A DNA stretch of 64,000 nucleotides, taken from assembly GCA_964057225.1 (NCBI GenBank), contig OZ059895.1:22568001-22632000 (forward strand). The letters run 5' to 3'. The DNA comes from Auanema rhodensis. Lineage: Eukaryota > Animalia > Nematoda. This document shows positions 23,207-37,940 of this stretch, piece by piece (the first letter of the stretch is position 1; each line of letters begins with the position of its first letter). Made by a program: the position numbers and the translations under genes. The notes beneath the pieces were generated by a model that saw only the letters and a program-made list of their open reading frames with translations, made no database searches and was not told the origin of the DNA.

Positions 23207-26200
23207 CATACACTAATGCATCATTTTTCAAACGATCATAACTAATTTTTGTATTAAGCGTTTCTCAATGTAGTATAGTGCATTCGATGCGGATTTTTAA
23301 GCTGCGTCGATCTGTGTTATCAGATTTGCGCTAGCTTAAAAATGCACCGAGATATCAACTGATATAAGTTCACACTTATATCCTCAATTTTCACCCTGAA
23401 GAATTAATTTTTTCGTTGAATAACATTGTCCATCGTCTTTGCCTTGAAAAAAAAAATCTGAAAACAACTACTTTTTGCTAAATTATTTTGAAATTTTTCG
23501 AAAAAATTTTTGTCAAAATGTTTTTGGAAGCAATGTTGAGTGTACATGGAAACTCAACATACACTAATGCATCATTTTTCAAACGATCATAACTAATTTT
23601 TGTATCAAGCGTTTTTCAATGTAGTATAGTGCATTCGATGCGGATTTTTAAGCTGCGTCGATCTGTGTTATCAGATTTGCGCTAGCTTAAAAATGCACCG
23701 AGATATCAACTGATATAAGTTCACACTTATATCCTCGATTTTCACCCTGAAGAATTAATTTTTTCGTTGAATAACATTGTCCATCGTCTTTGCCTTGAAA
23801 AAAGGAATCTAAAAACATTAACTTTTTGCTAAATTATTTTGAAATTTTTCGAAAAAATTTTTGTCAAAATGTTTTTGGAAACAATGTTGAGTGTACATGG
23901 AAACTCAACATACACTAATGCATCATTTTGCAAACGATCATAACTAATTTCTGTATTGAGCGTTTCTCAATGTAGTATAGTGCATTCGATGCGGATTTTT
24001 AAGCTGCGTCGATCTGTGTTTTCAGATTTGCGCTAGCTTAAAAATGCACCGAGATATCAACTGATATAAGTTCACACTTACATCCTCGATTTTCACCCTG
24101 AAGAATTAATTTTTCCGTTGAATAACATTGTCCATCGTCTTTGCCTTGAAAAAAAAAATCTGAAAACATCTACTTTTTGCTAAATTATTTTGAAATTTTT
24201 CGAAAAAATTTTTGTCAAAATGTTTTTGGAAACAATGTTGAGTGTACATGGAAACTCAACATACACTAATGCATCATTTTGCAAACGATCATAACTAATT
24301 TTTGTATTAAGCGTTTCTCAATGTAGTATAGTGCATTCGATGCGGATTTTTAAGCTGCGTCGATCTGTGTTATCAGATTTGCGCTAGCTTAAAAATGCAC
24401 CGAGATATCAACTGATATAAGTTCACACTTATATCCTCGATTTTCACCCTGAAGAATTAATTTTTTCGTTGAATAACATTGTCCATCGTCTTTGCCATGA
24501 AAAAAGGAATCTAAAAACATCTACTTTTTGCTAAATTATTTTGAAATTTTTCGAAAAAATTTTTGTCAAAATGTTTTTGGAAGCAATGTTGAGTGTACAT
24601 GGAAACTCAACATACACTAATGCATCATTTTTCAAACGATCATAACTAATTTTTGTATTGAGCGTTTCTCAATGTAGTATAGTGCATTCGATGCGGATTT
24701 TTAAGCTGCGTCGATCTGTGTTATCAGATTTGCGCTAGCTTAAAAATGCACCGAGATATCAACTGATATAAGTTCACACTTATATCCTCGATTTTCACCC
24801 TGAAGAATTAATTTTTTCGTTGAATAACATTGTCCATCGTCTTTGCCATGAAAAAAGGAATCTAAAAACATCTACTTTTTGCTAAATTATTTTGAAATTT
24901 TTCGAAAAAATTTTTGTCAAAATGTTTTTGGAAGCAATGTTGAGTGTACATGGAAACTCAACATACACTAATGCATCATTTTTCAAACGATCATAACTAA
25001 TTTTTGTATTGAGCGTTTCTCAATATAGTATAGTGCATTCGATGCGGATTTTTAAGCAGCGTCGATCTGTGTTATCAGATTTGCACTAGCTTAAAAATGC
25101 ACCGAGATATCAACTGATATAAGTTCACACTTATATCCTCGATTTTCACCCTGAAGAATTAATTTTTTCGTTGAATAACATTGTCCATCGTCTTTGCCTT
25201 GAAAAAAGGAATCTAAAAACATCTCCTTTTTGCTAAATTATTTTGAAATTTTTCGAAAAAATTTTTGTCAAAATGTTTTTGGAAGCAATGTTGAGTGTAC
25301 ATGGAAACTCAACATACACTAATGCATCATTTTTCAAACGATCATAACTAATTTTTGTATTAAGCGTTTCTCAATGTAGTATAGTGCATTCGATGCGGAT
25401 TTTTAAGCTGCGTCGATCTGTGTTATCAGATTTGCGCTAGCTTAAAAATGCACCGAGATATCAACTGATATAAGTTCACACTTATATCCTCGATTTTCAC
25501 CCTGAAGAATTAATTTTTTCGTTGAATAACATTGTCCATCGTCTTTGCCATGAAAAAAGGAATCTAAAAACATCTACTTTTTGCTAAATTATTTTGAAAT
25601 TTTTCGAAAAAATTTTTGTCAAAATGTTTTTGGAAGCAATGTTGAGTGTACATGGAAACTCAACATACACTAATGCATCATTTTTCAAACGATCATAACT
25701 AATTTTTGTATTGAGCGTTTCTCAATATAGTATAGTGCATTCGATGCGGATTTTTAAGCAGCGTCGATCTGTGTTATCAGATTTGCACTAGCTTAAAAAC
25801 GCACCGAGATATCAACTGATATAAGTTCACACTTATATCCTCGATTTTCTCCCTGAAGAATTAATTTTTTCGTTGAATAACATTGTCCATCGTCTTTGCC
25901 TTGAAAAAAGGAATCTAAAAACATCTCCTTTTTGCTAAATTATTTTGAAATTTTTCGAAAAAATTTTTGTCAAAATGTTTTTGGAAGCAATGTTGAGTGT
26001 ACATGGAAACTCAACATACACTAATGCATCATTTTTCAAACGATCATAACTAATTTTTGTATTAAGCGTTTCTCAATGTAGTATAGTGCATTCGATGCGG
26101 ATTTTTAAGCTGCGTCGATCTGTGTTATCAGATTTGCGCTAGCTTAAAAATGCACCGAGATATCAACTGATATAAGTTCACACTTATATCCTCGATTTTC

Positions 26201-29200
26201 ACCCTGAAGAATTAATTTTTTCGTTGAATAACATTGTCCATCGTCTTTGCCTTGAAAAACGGAATCTAAAAACATCTACTTTTTGCTAAATTATTCTGAA
26301 ATTTTTCGAAAAAATTTTTGTCAAAATGTTTTTGGAAGCAATGTTGAGTGTACATGGAAACTCAACATACACTAATGCATCATTTTTCAAACGATCATAA
26401 CTAATTTTTGTATTAAGCGTTTCTCAATGTAGTATAGTGCATTCGATGCGGATTTTTAAGCTGCGTCGATCTGTGTTATCAGATTTGCGCTAGCTTAAAA
26501 ATGCACCGAGATATCAACTGATATAAGTTCACACTTAGATCCTCGATTTTCACCCTGAAGAATTAATTTTTTCGTTGAATAACATTGTCCATCGTCTTTG
26601 CCTTGAAAAAAAAATCTGAAAACAACTACTTTTTGCTAAATTATTTTGAAATTTTTCGAAAAAATTTTTGTCAAAATGTTTTTGGAAGCAATGTTGAGTG
26701 TACATGGAAACTCAACATACACTAATGCATCATTTTTCAAACGATCATAACTAATTTTTGTATTAAGCGTTTCTCAATGTAGTATAGTGCATTCGATGCG
26801 GATTTTTAAGCTGCGTCGATCTGTGTTATCAGATTTGCGCTAGCTTAAAAATGCACCGAGATATCAACTGATATAAGTTCACACTTATATCCTCAATTTT
26901 CACCCTGAAGAATTAATTTTTTCGTTGAATAACATTGTCCATCGTCTTTGCCTTGAAAAAAGGAATCTAAAAACATCTACTTTTTGCTAAATTATTTTGA
27001 AATTTTTCGAAAAAATTTTTGTCAAAATGTTTTTGGAAGCAATGTTGAGTGTACATGGAAACTCAACATACACTAATGCATCATTTTTCAAACGATCATA
27101 ACTAATTTTTGTATTAAGCGTTTCTCAATGTAGTATAGTGCATTCGATGCGGATTTTTAAGCTGCGTCGATCTGTGTTATCAGATTTGCGCTAGCTTAAA
27201 AATGCACCGAGATATCAACTGATATAAGTTCACACTTATATCCTCGATTTTCACCCTGAAGAATTAATTTTTTCGTTGAATAACAATGTCCATCGTATTT
27301 GCCTTGAAAAACGGAATCTAAAAACATCTACTTTTTGCTAAATTATTCTGAAATTTTTCGAAAAAATTTTTGTCAAAATGTTTTTGGAAGCAATGTTGAG
27401 TGTACATGGAAACTCAACATACACTAATGCATCATTTTTCAAACGATCATAACTAATTTTTGTATTAAGCGTTTCTCAATGTAGTATAGTGCATTCGATG
27501 CGGATTTTTAAGCTGCGTCGATCTGTGTTATCAGATTTGCGCTAGCTTAAAAATGCACCGAGATATCAACTGATATAAGTTCACACTTATATCCTCGATT
27601 TTCACCCTGAAGAATTAATTTTTTCGTTGAATAACAATGTCCATCGTATTTGCCTTGAAAAACGGAATCTAAAAACATCTACTTTTTGCTAAATTATTCT
27701 GAAATTTTTCGAAAAAATTTTTGTCAAAATGTTTTTGGAAGCAATGTTGAGTGTACATGGAAACTCAACATACACTAATGCATCATTTTTCAAACGATCA
27801 TAACTAATTTTTGTATTAAGCGTTTCTCAATGTAGTATAGTGCATTCGATGCGGATTTTTAAGCTGCGTCGATCTGTGTTATCAGATTTGCGCTAGCTTA
27901 AAAATGCACCGAGATATCAACTGATATAAGTTCACACTTATATCCTCGATTTTCACCCTGAAGAATTAATTTTTTCGTTGAATAACATTGTCCATCGTCT
28001 TTGCCTTGAAAAAAGGAATCTAAAAACATCTACTTTTTGCTAAATTATTTTGAAATTTTTCGAAAAAATTTTTGTCAAAATGTTTTTGGAAGCAATGTTG
28101 AGTGTACATGGAAACTCAACATACACTAATGCATCATTTTTCAAACGATCATAACTAATTTTTGTATTAAGCGTTTCTCAATGTAGTATAGTGCATTCGA
28201 TGCGGATTTTTAAGCTGCGTCGATCTGTGTTATCAGATTTGCGCTAGCTTAAAAATGCACCGAGATATCAACTGATATAAGTTCACACTTAGATCCTCGA
28301 TTTTCACCCTGAAGAATTAATTTTTTCGTTGAATAACATTGTCCATCGTCTTTGCCTTGAAAAAAAAATCTGAAAACAACTACTTTTTGCTAAATTATTT
28401 TGAAATTTTTCGAAAAAATTTTTGTCAAAATGTTTTTGGAAGCAATGTTGAGTGTACATGGAAACTCAACATACACTAATGCATCATTTTTCAAACGATC
28501 ATAACTAATTTTTGTATTAAGCGTTTCTCAATGTAGTATAGTGCATTCGATGCAGATTTTTAAGCTGCGTCGATCTGTGTTATCAGATTTGCGCTAGCTT
28601 AAAAATGCACCGAGATATCAACTGATATAAGTTCACACTTATATCCTCGATTTTCACCCTGAAGAATTAATTTTTTCGTTGAATAACAATGTCCATCGTA
28701 TTTGCCTTGAAAAACGGAATCTAAAAACATCTACTTTTTGCTAAATTATTCTGAAATTTTTCGAAAAAATTTTTGTCAAAATGTTTTTGGAAGCAATGTT
28801 GAGTGTACATGGAAACTCAACATACACTAATGCATCATTTTTCAAACGATCATAACTAATTTTTGTATTAAGCGTTTCTCAATGTAGTATAGTGCATTCG
28901 ATGCGGATTTTTAAGCTGCGTCGATCTGTGTTATCAGATTTGCGCTAGCTTAAAAATGCACCGAGATATCAACTGATATAAGTTCACACTTAGATCCTCG
29001 ATTTTCACCCTGAAGAATTAATTTTTTCGTTGAATAACATTGTCCATCGTCTTTGCCTTGAAAAAAAAATCTGAAAACAACTACTTTTTGCTAAATTATT
29101 TTGAAATTTTTCGAAAAAATTTTTGTCAAAATGTTTTTGGAAGCAATGTTGAGTGTACATGGAAACTCAACATACACTAATGCATCATTTTTCAAACGAT

Positions 29201-32200
29201 CATAACTAATTTTTGTATTAAGCGTTTCTCAATGTAGTATAGTGCATTCGATGCGGATTTTTAAGCTGCGTCGATCTGTGTTATCAGATTTGCGCTATCT
29301 TAAAAATGCACCGAGATATCAACTGATATAAGTTCACACTTATATCCTCGATTTTCACCCTGAAGAATTAATTTTTTCGTTGAATAACATTGTCCATCGT
29401 CTTTGCCATGAAAAAAGGAATCTAAAAACATCTACTTTTTGCTAAATTATTTTGAAATTTTTCGAAAAAATTTTTGTCAAAATGTTTTTGGAAGCAATGT
29501 TGAGTGTACATGGAAACTCAACATACACTAATGCATCATTTTTCAAACGATCATAACTAATTTTTGTATTAAGCGTTTCTCAATGTAGTATAGTGCATTC
29601 GATGCGGATTTTTAAGCTGCGTCGATCTGTGTTATCAGATTTGCGCTAGCTTAAAAATGCACCGAGATATCAACTGATATAAGTTCACACTTATATCCTC
29701 AATTTTCACCCTGAAGAATTGATTTTTTCGTTGAATAACATTGTCCATCGTCTTTGCCTTGAAAAAAAAAATCTGAAAACAACTACTTTTTGCTAAATTA
29801 TTTTGAAATTTTTCGAAAAAATTTTTGTCAAAATGTTTTTGGAAGCAATGTTGAGTGTACATGGAAACTCAACATACACTAATGCATCATTTTTCAAACG
29901 ATCATAACTAATTTTTGTATTAAGCGTTTCTCAATGTAGTATAGTGCATTCGATGCGGATTTTTAAGCTGCGTCGATCTGTGTTATCAGATTTGCGCTAG
30001 CTTAAAAATGCACCGAGATATCAACTGATATAAGTTCACACTTAGATCCTCGATTTTCACCCTGAAGAATTAATTTTTTCGTTGAATAACATTGTCCATC
30101 GTCTTTGCCTTGAAAAAAAAATCTGAAAACAACTACTTTTTGCTAAATTATTTTGAAATTTTTCGAAAAAATTTTTGTCAAAATGTTTTTGGAAGCAATG
30201 TTGAGTGTACATGGAAACTCAACATACACTAATGCATCATTTTTCAAACGATCATAACTAATTTTTGTATTAAGCGTTTCTCAATGTAGTATAGTGCATT
30301 CGATGCAGATTTTTAAGCTGCGTCGATCTGTGTTATCAGATTTGCGCTAGCTTAAAAATGCACCGAGATATCAACTGATATAAGTTCACACTTATATCCT
30401 CGATTTTCACCCTGAAGAATTAATTTTTTCGTTGAATAACAATGTCCATCGTATTTGCCTTGAAAAACGGAATCTAAAAACATCTACTTTTTGCTAAATT
30501 ATTCTGAAATTTTTCGAAAAAATTTTTGTCAAAATGTTTTTGGAAGCAATGTTGAGTGTACATGGAAACTCAACATACACTAATGCATCATTTTTCAAAC
30601 GATCATAACTAATTTTTGTATTAAGCGTTTCTCAATGTAGTATAGTGCATTCGATGCGGATTTTTAAGCTGCGTCGATCTGTGTTATCAGATTTGCGCTA
30701 GCTTAAAAATGCACCGAGATATCAACTGATATAAGTTCACACTTAGATCCTCGATTTTCACCCTGAAGAATTAATTTTTTCGTTGAATAACATTGTCCAT
30801 CGTCTTTGCCTTGAAAAAAAAATCTGAAAACAACTACTTTTTGCTAAATTATTTTGAAATTTTTCGAAAAAATTTTTGTCAAAATGTTTTTGGAAGCAAT
30901 GTTGAGTGTACATGGAAACTCAACATACACTAATGCATCATTTTTCAAACGATCATAACTAATTTTTGTATTAAGCGTTTCTCAATGTAGTATAGTGCAT
31001 TCGATGCGGATTTTTAAGCTGCGTCGATCTGTGTTATCAGATTTGCGCTATCTTAAAAATGCACCGAGATATCAACTGATATAAGTTCACACTTATATCC
31101 TCGATTTTCACCCTGAAGAATTAATTTTTTCGTTGAATAACATTGTCCATCGTCTTTGCCATGAAAAAAGGAATCTAAAAACATCTACTTTTTGCTAAAT
31201 TATTTTGAAATTTTTCGAAAAAATTTTTGTCAAAATGTTTTTGGAAGCAATGTTGAGTGTACATGGAAACTCAACATACACTAATGCATCATTTTTCAAA
31301 CGATCATAACTAATTTTTGTATTAAGCGTTTCTCAATGTAGTATAGTGCATTCGATGCGGATTTTTAAGCTGCGTCGATCTGTGTTATCAGATTTGCGCT
31401 AGCTTAAAAATGCACCGAGATATCAACTGATATAAGTTCACACTTATATCCTCAATTTTCACCCTGAAGAATTAATTTTTTCGTTGAATAACATTGTCCA
31501 TCGTCTTTGCCTTGAAAAAAAAAATCTGAAAACAACTACTTTTTGCTAAATTATTTTGAAATTTTTCGAAAAAATTTTTGTCAAAATGTTTTTGGAAGCA
31601 ATGTTGAGTGTACATGGAAACTCAACATACACTAATGCATCATTTTTCAAACGATCATAACTAATTTTTGTATCAAGCGTTTTTCAATGTAGTATAGTGC
31701 ATTCGATGCGGATTTTTAAGCTGCGTCGATCTGTGTTATCAGATTTGCGCTAGCTTAAAAATGCACCGAGATATCAACTGATATAAGTTCACACTTATAT
31801 CCTCGATTTTCACCCTGAAGAATTAATTTTTTCGTTGAATAACATTGTCCATCGTCTTTGCCTTGAAAAAAGGAATCTAAAAACATTAACTTTTTGCTAA
31901 ATTATTTTGAAATTTTTCGAAAAAATTTTTGTCAAAATGTTTTTGGAAACAATGTTGAGTGTACATGGAAACTCAACATACACTAATGCATCATTTTGCA
32001 AACGATCATAACTAATTTCTGTATTGAGCGTTTCTCAATGTAGTATAGTGCATTCGATGCGGATTTTTAAGCTGCGTCGATCTGTGTTTTCAGATTTGCG
32101 CTAGCTTAAAAATGCACCGAGATATCAACTGATATAAGTTCACACTTACATCCTCGATTTTCACCCTGAAGAATTAATTTTTCCGTTGAATAACATTGTC

Positions 32201-35200
32201 CATCGTCTTTGCCTTGAAAAAAAAAATCTGAAAACATCTACTTTTTGCTAAATTATTTTGAAATTTTTCGAAAAAATTTTTGTCAAAATGTTTTTGGAAA
32301 CAATGTTGAGTGTACATGGAAACTCAACATACACTAATGCATCATTTTGCAAACGATCATAACTAATTTTTGTATTAAGCGTTTCTCAATGTAGTATAGT
32401 GCATTCGATGCGGATTTTTAAGCTGCGTCGATCTGTGTTATCAGATTTGCGCTAGCTTAAAAATGCACCGAGATATCAACTGATATAAGTTCACACTTAT
32501 ATCCTCGATTTTCACCCTGAAGAATTAATTTTTTCGTTGAATAACATTGTCCATCGTCTTTGCCATGAAAAAAGGAATCTAAAAACATCTACTTTTTGCT
32601 AAATTATTTTGAAATTTTTCGAAAAAATTTTTGTCAAAATGTTTTTGGAAGCAATGTTGAGTGTACATGGAAACTCAACATACACTAATGCATCATTTTT
32701 CAAACGATCATAACTAATTTTTGTATTGAGCGTTTCTCAATGTAGTATAGTGCATTCGATGCGGATTTTTAAGCTGCGTCGATCTGTGTTATCAGATTTG
32801 CGCTAGCTTAAAAATGCACCGAGATATCAACTGATATAAGTTCACACTTATATCCTCGATTTTCACCCTGAAGAATTAATTTTTTCGTTGAATAACATTG
32901 TCCATCGTCTTTGCCATGAAAAAAGGAATCTAAAAACATCTACTTTTTGCTAAATTATTTTGAAATTTTTCGAAAAAATTTTTGTCAAAATGTTTTTGGA
33001 AGCAATGTTGAGTGTACATGGAAACTCAACATACACTAATGCATCATTTTTCAAACGATCATAACTAATTTTTGTATTGAGCGTTTCTCAATATAGTATA
33101 GTGCATTCGATGCGGATTTTTAAGCAGCGTCGATCTGTGTTATCAGATTTGCACTAGCTTAAAAATGCACCGAGATATCAACTGATATAAGTTCACACTT
33201 ATATCCTCGATTTTCACCCTGAAGAATTAATTTTTTCGTTGAATAACATTGTCCATCGTCTTTGCCTTGAAAAAAGGAATCTAAAAACATCTCCTTTTTG
33301 CTAAATTATTTTGAAATTTTTCGAAAAAATTTTTGTCAAAATGTTTTTGGAAGCAATGTTGAGTGTACATGGAAACTCAACATACACTAATGCATCATTT
33401 TTCAAACGATCATAACTAATTTTTGTATTAAGCGTTTCTCAATGTAGTATAGTGCATTCGATGCGGATTTTTAAGCTGCGTCGATCTGTGTTATCAGATT
33501 TGCGCTAGCTTAAAAATGCACCGAGATATCAACTGATATAAGTTCACACTTATATCCTCGATTTTCACCCTGAAGAATTAATTTTTTCGTTGAATAACAT
33601 TGTCCATCGTCTTTGCCATGAAAAAAGGAATCTAAAAACATCTACTTTTTGCTAAATTATTTTGAAATTTTTCGAAAAAATTTTTGTCAAAATGTTTTTG
33701 GAAGCAATGTTGAGTGTACATGGAAACTCAACATACACTAATGCATCATTTTTCAAACGATCATAACTAATTTTTGTATTGAGCGTTTCTCAATATAGTA
33801 TAGTGCATTCGATGCGGATTTTTAAGCAGCGTCGATCTGTGTTATCAGATTTGCACTAGCTTAAAAACGCACCGAGATATCAACTGATATAAGTTCACAC
33901 TTATATCCTCGATTTTCACCCTGAAGAATTAATTTTTTCGTTGAATAACATTGTCCATCGTCTTTGCCTTGAAAAAAGGAATCTAAAAACATCTCCTTTT
34001 TGCTAAATTATTTTGAAATTTTTCGAAAAAATTTTTGTCAAAATGTTTTTGGAAGCAATGTTGAGTGTACATGGAAACTCAACATACACTAATGCATCAT
34101 TTTTCAAACGATCATAACTAATTTTTGTATTAAGCGTTTCTCAATGTAGTATAGTGCATTCGATGCGGATTTTTAAGCTGCGTCGATCTGTGTTATCAGA
34201 TTTGCGCTAGCTTAAAAATGCACCGAGATATCAACTGATATAAGTTCACACTTATATCCTCGATTTTCACCCTGAAGAATTAATTTTTTCGTTGAATAAC
34301 ATTGTCCATCGTCTTTGCCTTGAAAAACGGAATCTAAAAACATCTACTTTTTGCTAAATTATTCTGAAATTTTTCGAAAAAATTTTTGTCAAAATGTTTT
34401 TGGAAGCAATGTTGAGTGTACATGGAAACTCAACATACACTAATGCATCATTTTTCAAACGATCATAACTAATTTTTGTATTAAGCGTTTCTCAATGTAG
34501 TATAGTGCATTCGATGCGGATTTTTAAGCTGCGTCGATCTGTGTTATCAGATTTGCGCTAGCTTAAAAATGCACCGAGATATCAACTGATATAAGTTCAC
34601 ACTTAGATCCTCGATTTTCACCCTGAAGAATTAATTTTTTCGTTGAATAACATTGTCCATCGTCTTTGCCTTGAAAAAAAAATCTGAAAACAACTACTTT
34701 TTGCTAAATTATTTTGAAATTTTTCGAAAAAATTTTTGTCAAAATGTTTTTGGAAGCAATGTTGAGTGTACATGGAAACTCAACATACACTAATGCATCA
34801 TTTTTCAAACGATCATAACTAATTTTTGTATTAAGCGTTTCTCAATGTAGTATAGTGCATTCGATGCGGATTTTTAAGCTGCGTCGATCTGTGTTATCAG
34901 ATTTGCGCTAGCTTAAAAATGCACCGAGATATCAACTGATATAAGTTCACACTTATATCCTCAATTTTCACCCTGAAGAATTAATTTTTTCGTTGAATAA
35001 CATTGTCCATCGTCTTTGCCTTGAAAAAAGGAATCTAAAAACATCTACTTTTTGCTAAATTATTTTGAAATTTTTCGAAAAAATTTTTGTCAAAATGTTT
35101 TTGGAAGCAATGTTGAGTGTACATGGAAACTCAACATACACTAATGCATCATTTTTCAAACGATCATAACTAATTTTTGTATTAAGCGTTTCTCAATGTA

Positions 35201-37940
35201 GTATAGTGCATTCGATGCGGATTTTTAAGCTGCGTCGATCTGTGTTATCAGATTTGCGCTAGCTTAAAAATGCACCGAGATATCAACTGATATAAGTTCA
35301 CACTTATATCCTCGATTTTCACCCTGAAGAATTAATTTTTTCGTTGAATAACAATGTCCATCGTATTTGCCTTGAAAAACGGAATCTAAAAACATCTACT
35401 TTTTGCTAAATTATTCTGAAATTTTTCGAAAAAATTTTTGTCAAAATGTTTTTGGAAGCAATGTTGAGTGTACATGGAAACTCAACATACACTAATGCAT
35501 CATTTTTCAAACGATCATAACTAATTTTTGTATTAAGCGTTTCTCAATGTAGTATAGTGCATTCGATGCGGATTTTTAAGCTGCGTCGATCTGTGTTATC
35601 AGATTTGCGCTAGCTTAAAAATGCACCGAGATATCAACTGATATAAGTTCACACTTATATCCTCGATTTTCACCCTGAAGAATTAATTTTTTCGTTGAAT
35701 AACAATGTCCATCGTATTTGCCTTGAAAAACGGAATCTAAAAACATCTACTTTTTGCTAAATTATTCTGAAATTTTTCGAAAAAATTTTTGTCAAAATGT
35801 TTTTGGAAGCAATGTTGAGTGTACATGGAAACTCAACATACACTAATGCATCATTTTTCAAACGATCATAACTAATTTTTGTATTAAGCGTTTCTCAATG
35901 TAGTATAGTGCATTCGATGCGGATTTTTAAGCTGCGTCGATCTGTGTTATCAGATTTGCGCTAGCTTAAAAATGCACCGAGATATCAACTGATATAAGTT
36001 CACACTTATATCCTCGATTTTCACCCTGAAGAATTAATTTTTTCGTTGAATAACATTGTCCATCGTCTTTGCCTTGAAAAAAGGAATCTTAAAACATCTA
36101 CTTTTTGCTAAATTATTTTGAAATTTTTCGAAAAAATTTTTGTCAAAATGTTTTTGGAAGCAATGTTGAGTGTACATGGAAACTCAACATACACTAATGC
36201 ATCATTTTTCAAACGATCATAACTAATTTTTGTATTAAGCGTTTCTCAATGTAGTATAGTGCATTCGATGCGGATTTTTAAGCTGCGTCGATCTGTGTTA
36301 TCAGATTTGCGCTAGCTTAAAAATGCACCGAGATATCAACTGATATAAGTTCACACTTAGATCCTCGATTTTCACCCTGAAGAATTAATTTTTTCGTTGA
36401 ATAACATTGTCCATCGTCTTTGCCTTGAAAAAAAAATCTGAAAACAACTACTTTTTGCTAAATTATTTTGAAATTTTTCGAAAAAATTTTTGTCAAAATG
36501 TTTTTGGAAGCAATGTTGAGTGTACATGGAAACTCAACATACACTAATGCATCATTTTTCAAACGATCATAACTAATTTTTGTATTAAGCGTTTCTCAAT
36601 GTAGTATAGTGCATTCGATGCAGATTTTTAAGCTGCGTCGATCTGTGTTATCAGATTTGCGCTAGCTTAAAAATGCACCGAGATATCAACTGATATAAGT
36701 TCACACTTATATCCTCGATTTTCACCCTGAAGAATTAATTTTTTCGTTGAATAACAATGTCCATCGTATTTGCCTTGAAAAACGGAATCTAAAAACATCT
36801 ACTTTTTGCTAAATTATTCTGAAATTTTTCGAAAAAATTTTTGTCAAAATGTTTTTGGAAGCAATGTTGAGTGTACATGGAAACTCAACATACACTAATG
36901 CATCATTTTTCAAACGATCATAACTAATTTTTGTATTAAGCGTTTCTCAATGTAGTATAGTGCATTCGATGCGGATTTTTAAGCTGCGTCGATCTGTGTT
37001 ATCAGATTTGCGCTAGCTTAAAAATGCACCGAGATATCAACTGATATAAGTTCACACTTAGATCCTCGATTTTCACCCTGAAGAATTAATTTTTTCGTTG
37101 AATAACATTGTCCATCGTCTTTGCCTTGAAAAAAAAATCTGAAAACAACTACTTTTTGCTAAATTATTTTGAAATTTTTCGAAAAAATTTTTGTCAAAAT
37201 GTTTTTGGAAGCAATGTTGAGTGTACATGGAAACTCAACATACACTAATGCATCATTTTTCAAACGATCATAACTAATTTTTGTATTAAGCGTTTCTCAA
37301 TGTAGTATAGTGCATTCGATGCGGATTTTTAAGCTGCGTCGATCTGTGTTATCAGATTTGCGCTATCTTAAAAATGCACCGAGATATCAACTGATATAAG
37401 TTCACACTTATATCCTCGATTTTCACCCTGAAGAATTAATTTTTTCGTTGAATAACATTGTCCATCGTCTTTGCCATGAAAAAAGGAATCTAAAAACATC
37501 TACTTTTTGCTAAATTATTTTGAAATTTTTCGAAAAAATTTTTGTCAAAATGTTTTTGGAAGCAATGTTGAGTGTACATGGAAACTCAACATACACTAAT
37601 GCATCATTTTTCAAACGATCATAACTAATTTTTGTATTAAGCGTTTCTCAATGTAGTATAGTGCATTCGATGCGGATTTTTAAGCTGCGTCGATCTGTGT
37701 TATCAGATTTGCGCTAGCTTAAAAATGCACCGAGATATCAACTGATATAAGTTCACACTTATATCCTCAATTTTCACCCTGAAGAATTAATTTTTTCGTT
37801 GAATAACATTGTCCATCGTCTTTGCCTTGAAAAAAAAAATCTGAAAACAACTACTTTTTGCTAAATTATTTTGAAATTTTTCGAAAAAATTTTTGTCAAA
37901 ATGTTTTTGGAAGCAATGTTGAGTGTACATGGAAACTCAA
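23207..37940. repeat. Large block duplication: 19 monomers (23207-29872) repeated at 31275-37940, offset 8068 bp (23 monomers)
   Basis: Markers share the 8068-bp offset: CAATATAG 25021/33089 and 25723/33791, and TGCAGATT 28554/36622. The order of monomer types is the same over 19 units. Confidence 0.92.

Noticed and set aside
29635-29862. 75-aa minus-strand ORF
   Set aside because: A singleton A>G at 29721 removes the usual TAA stop. The duplicate monomer at 37590 keeps the stop.
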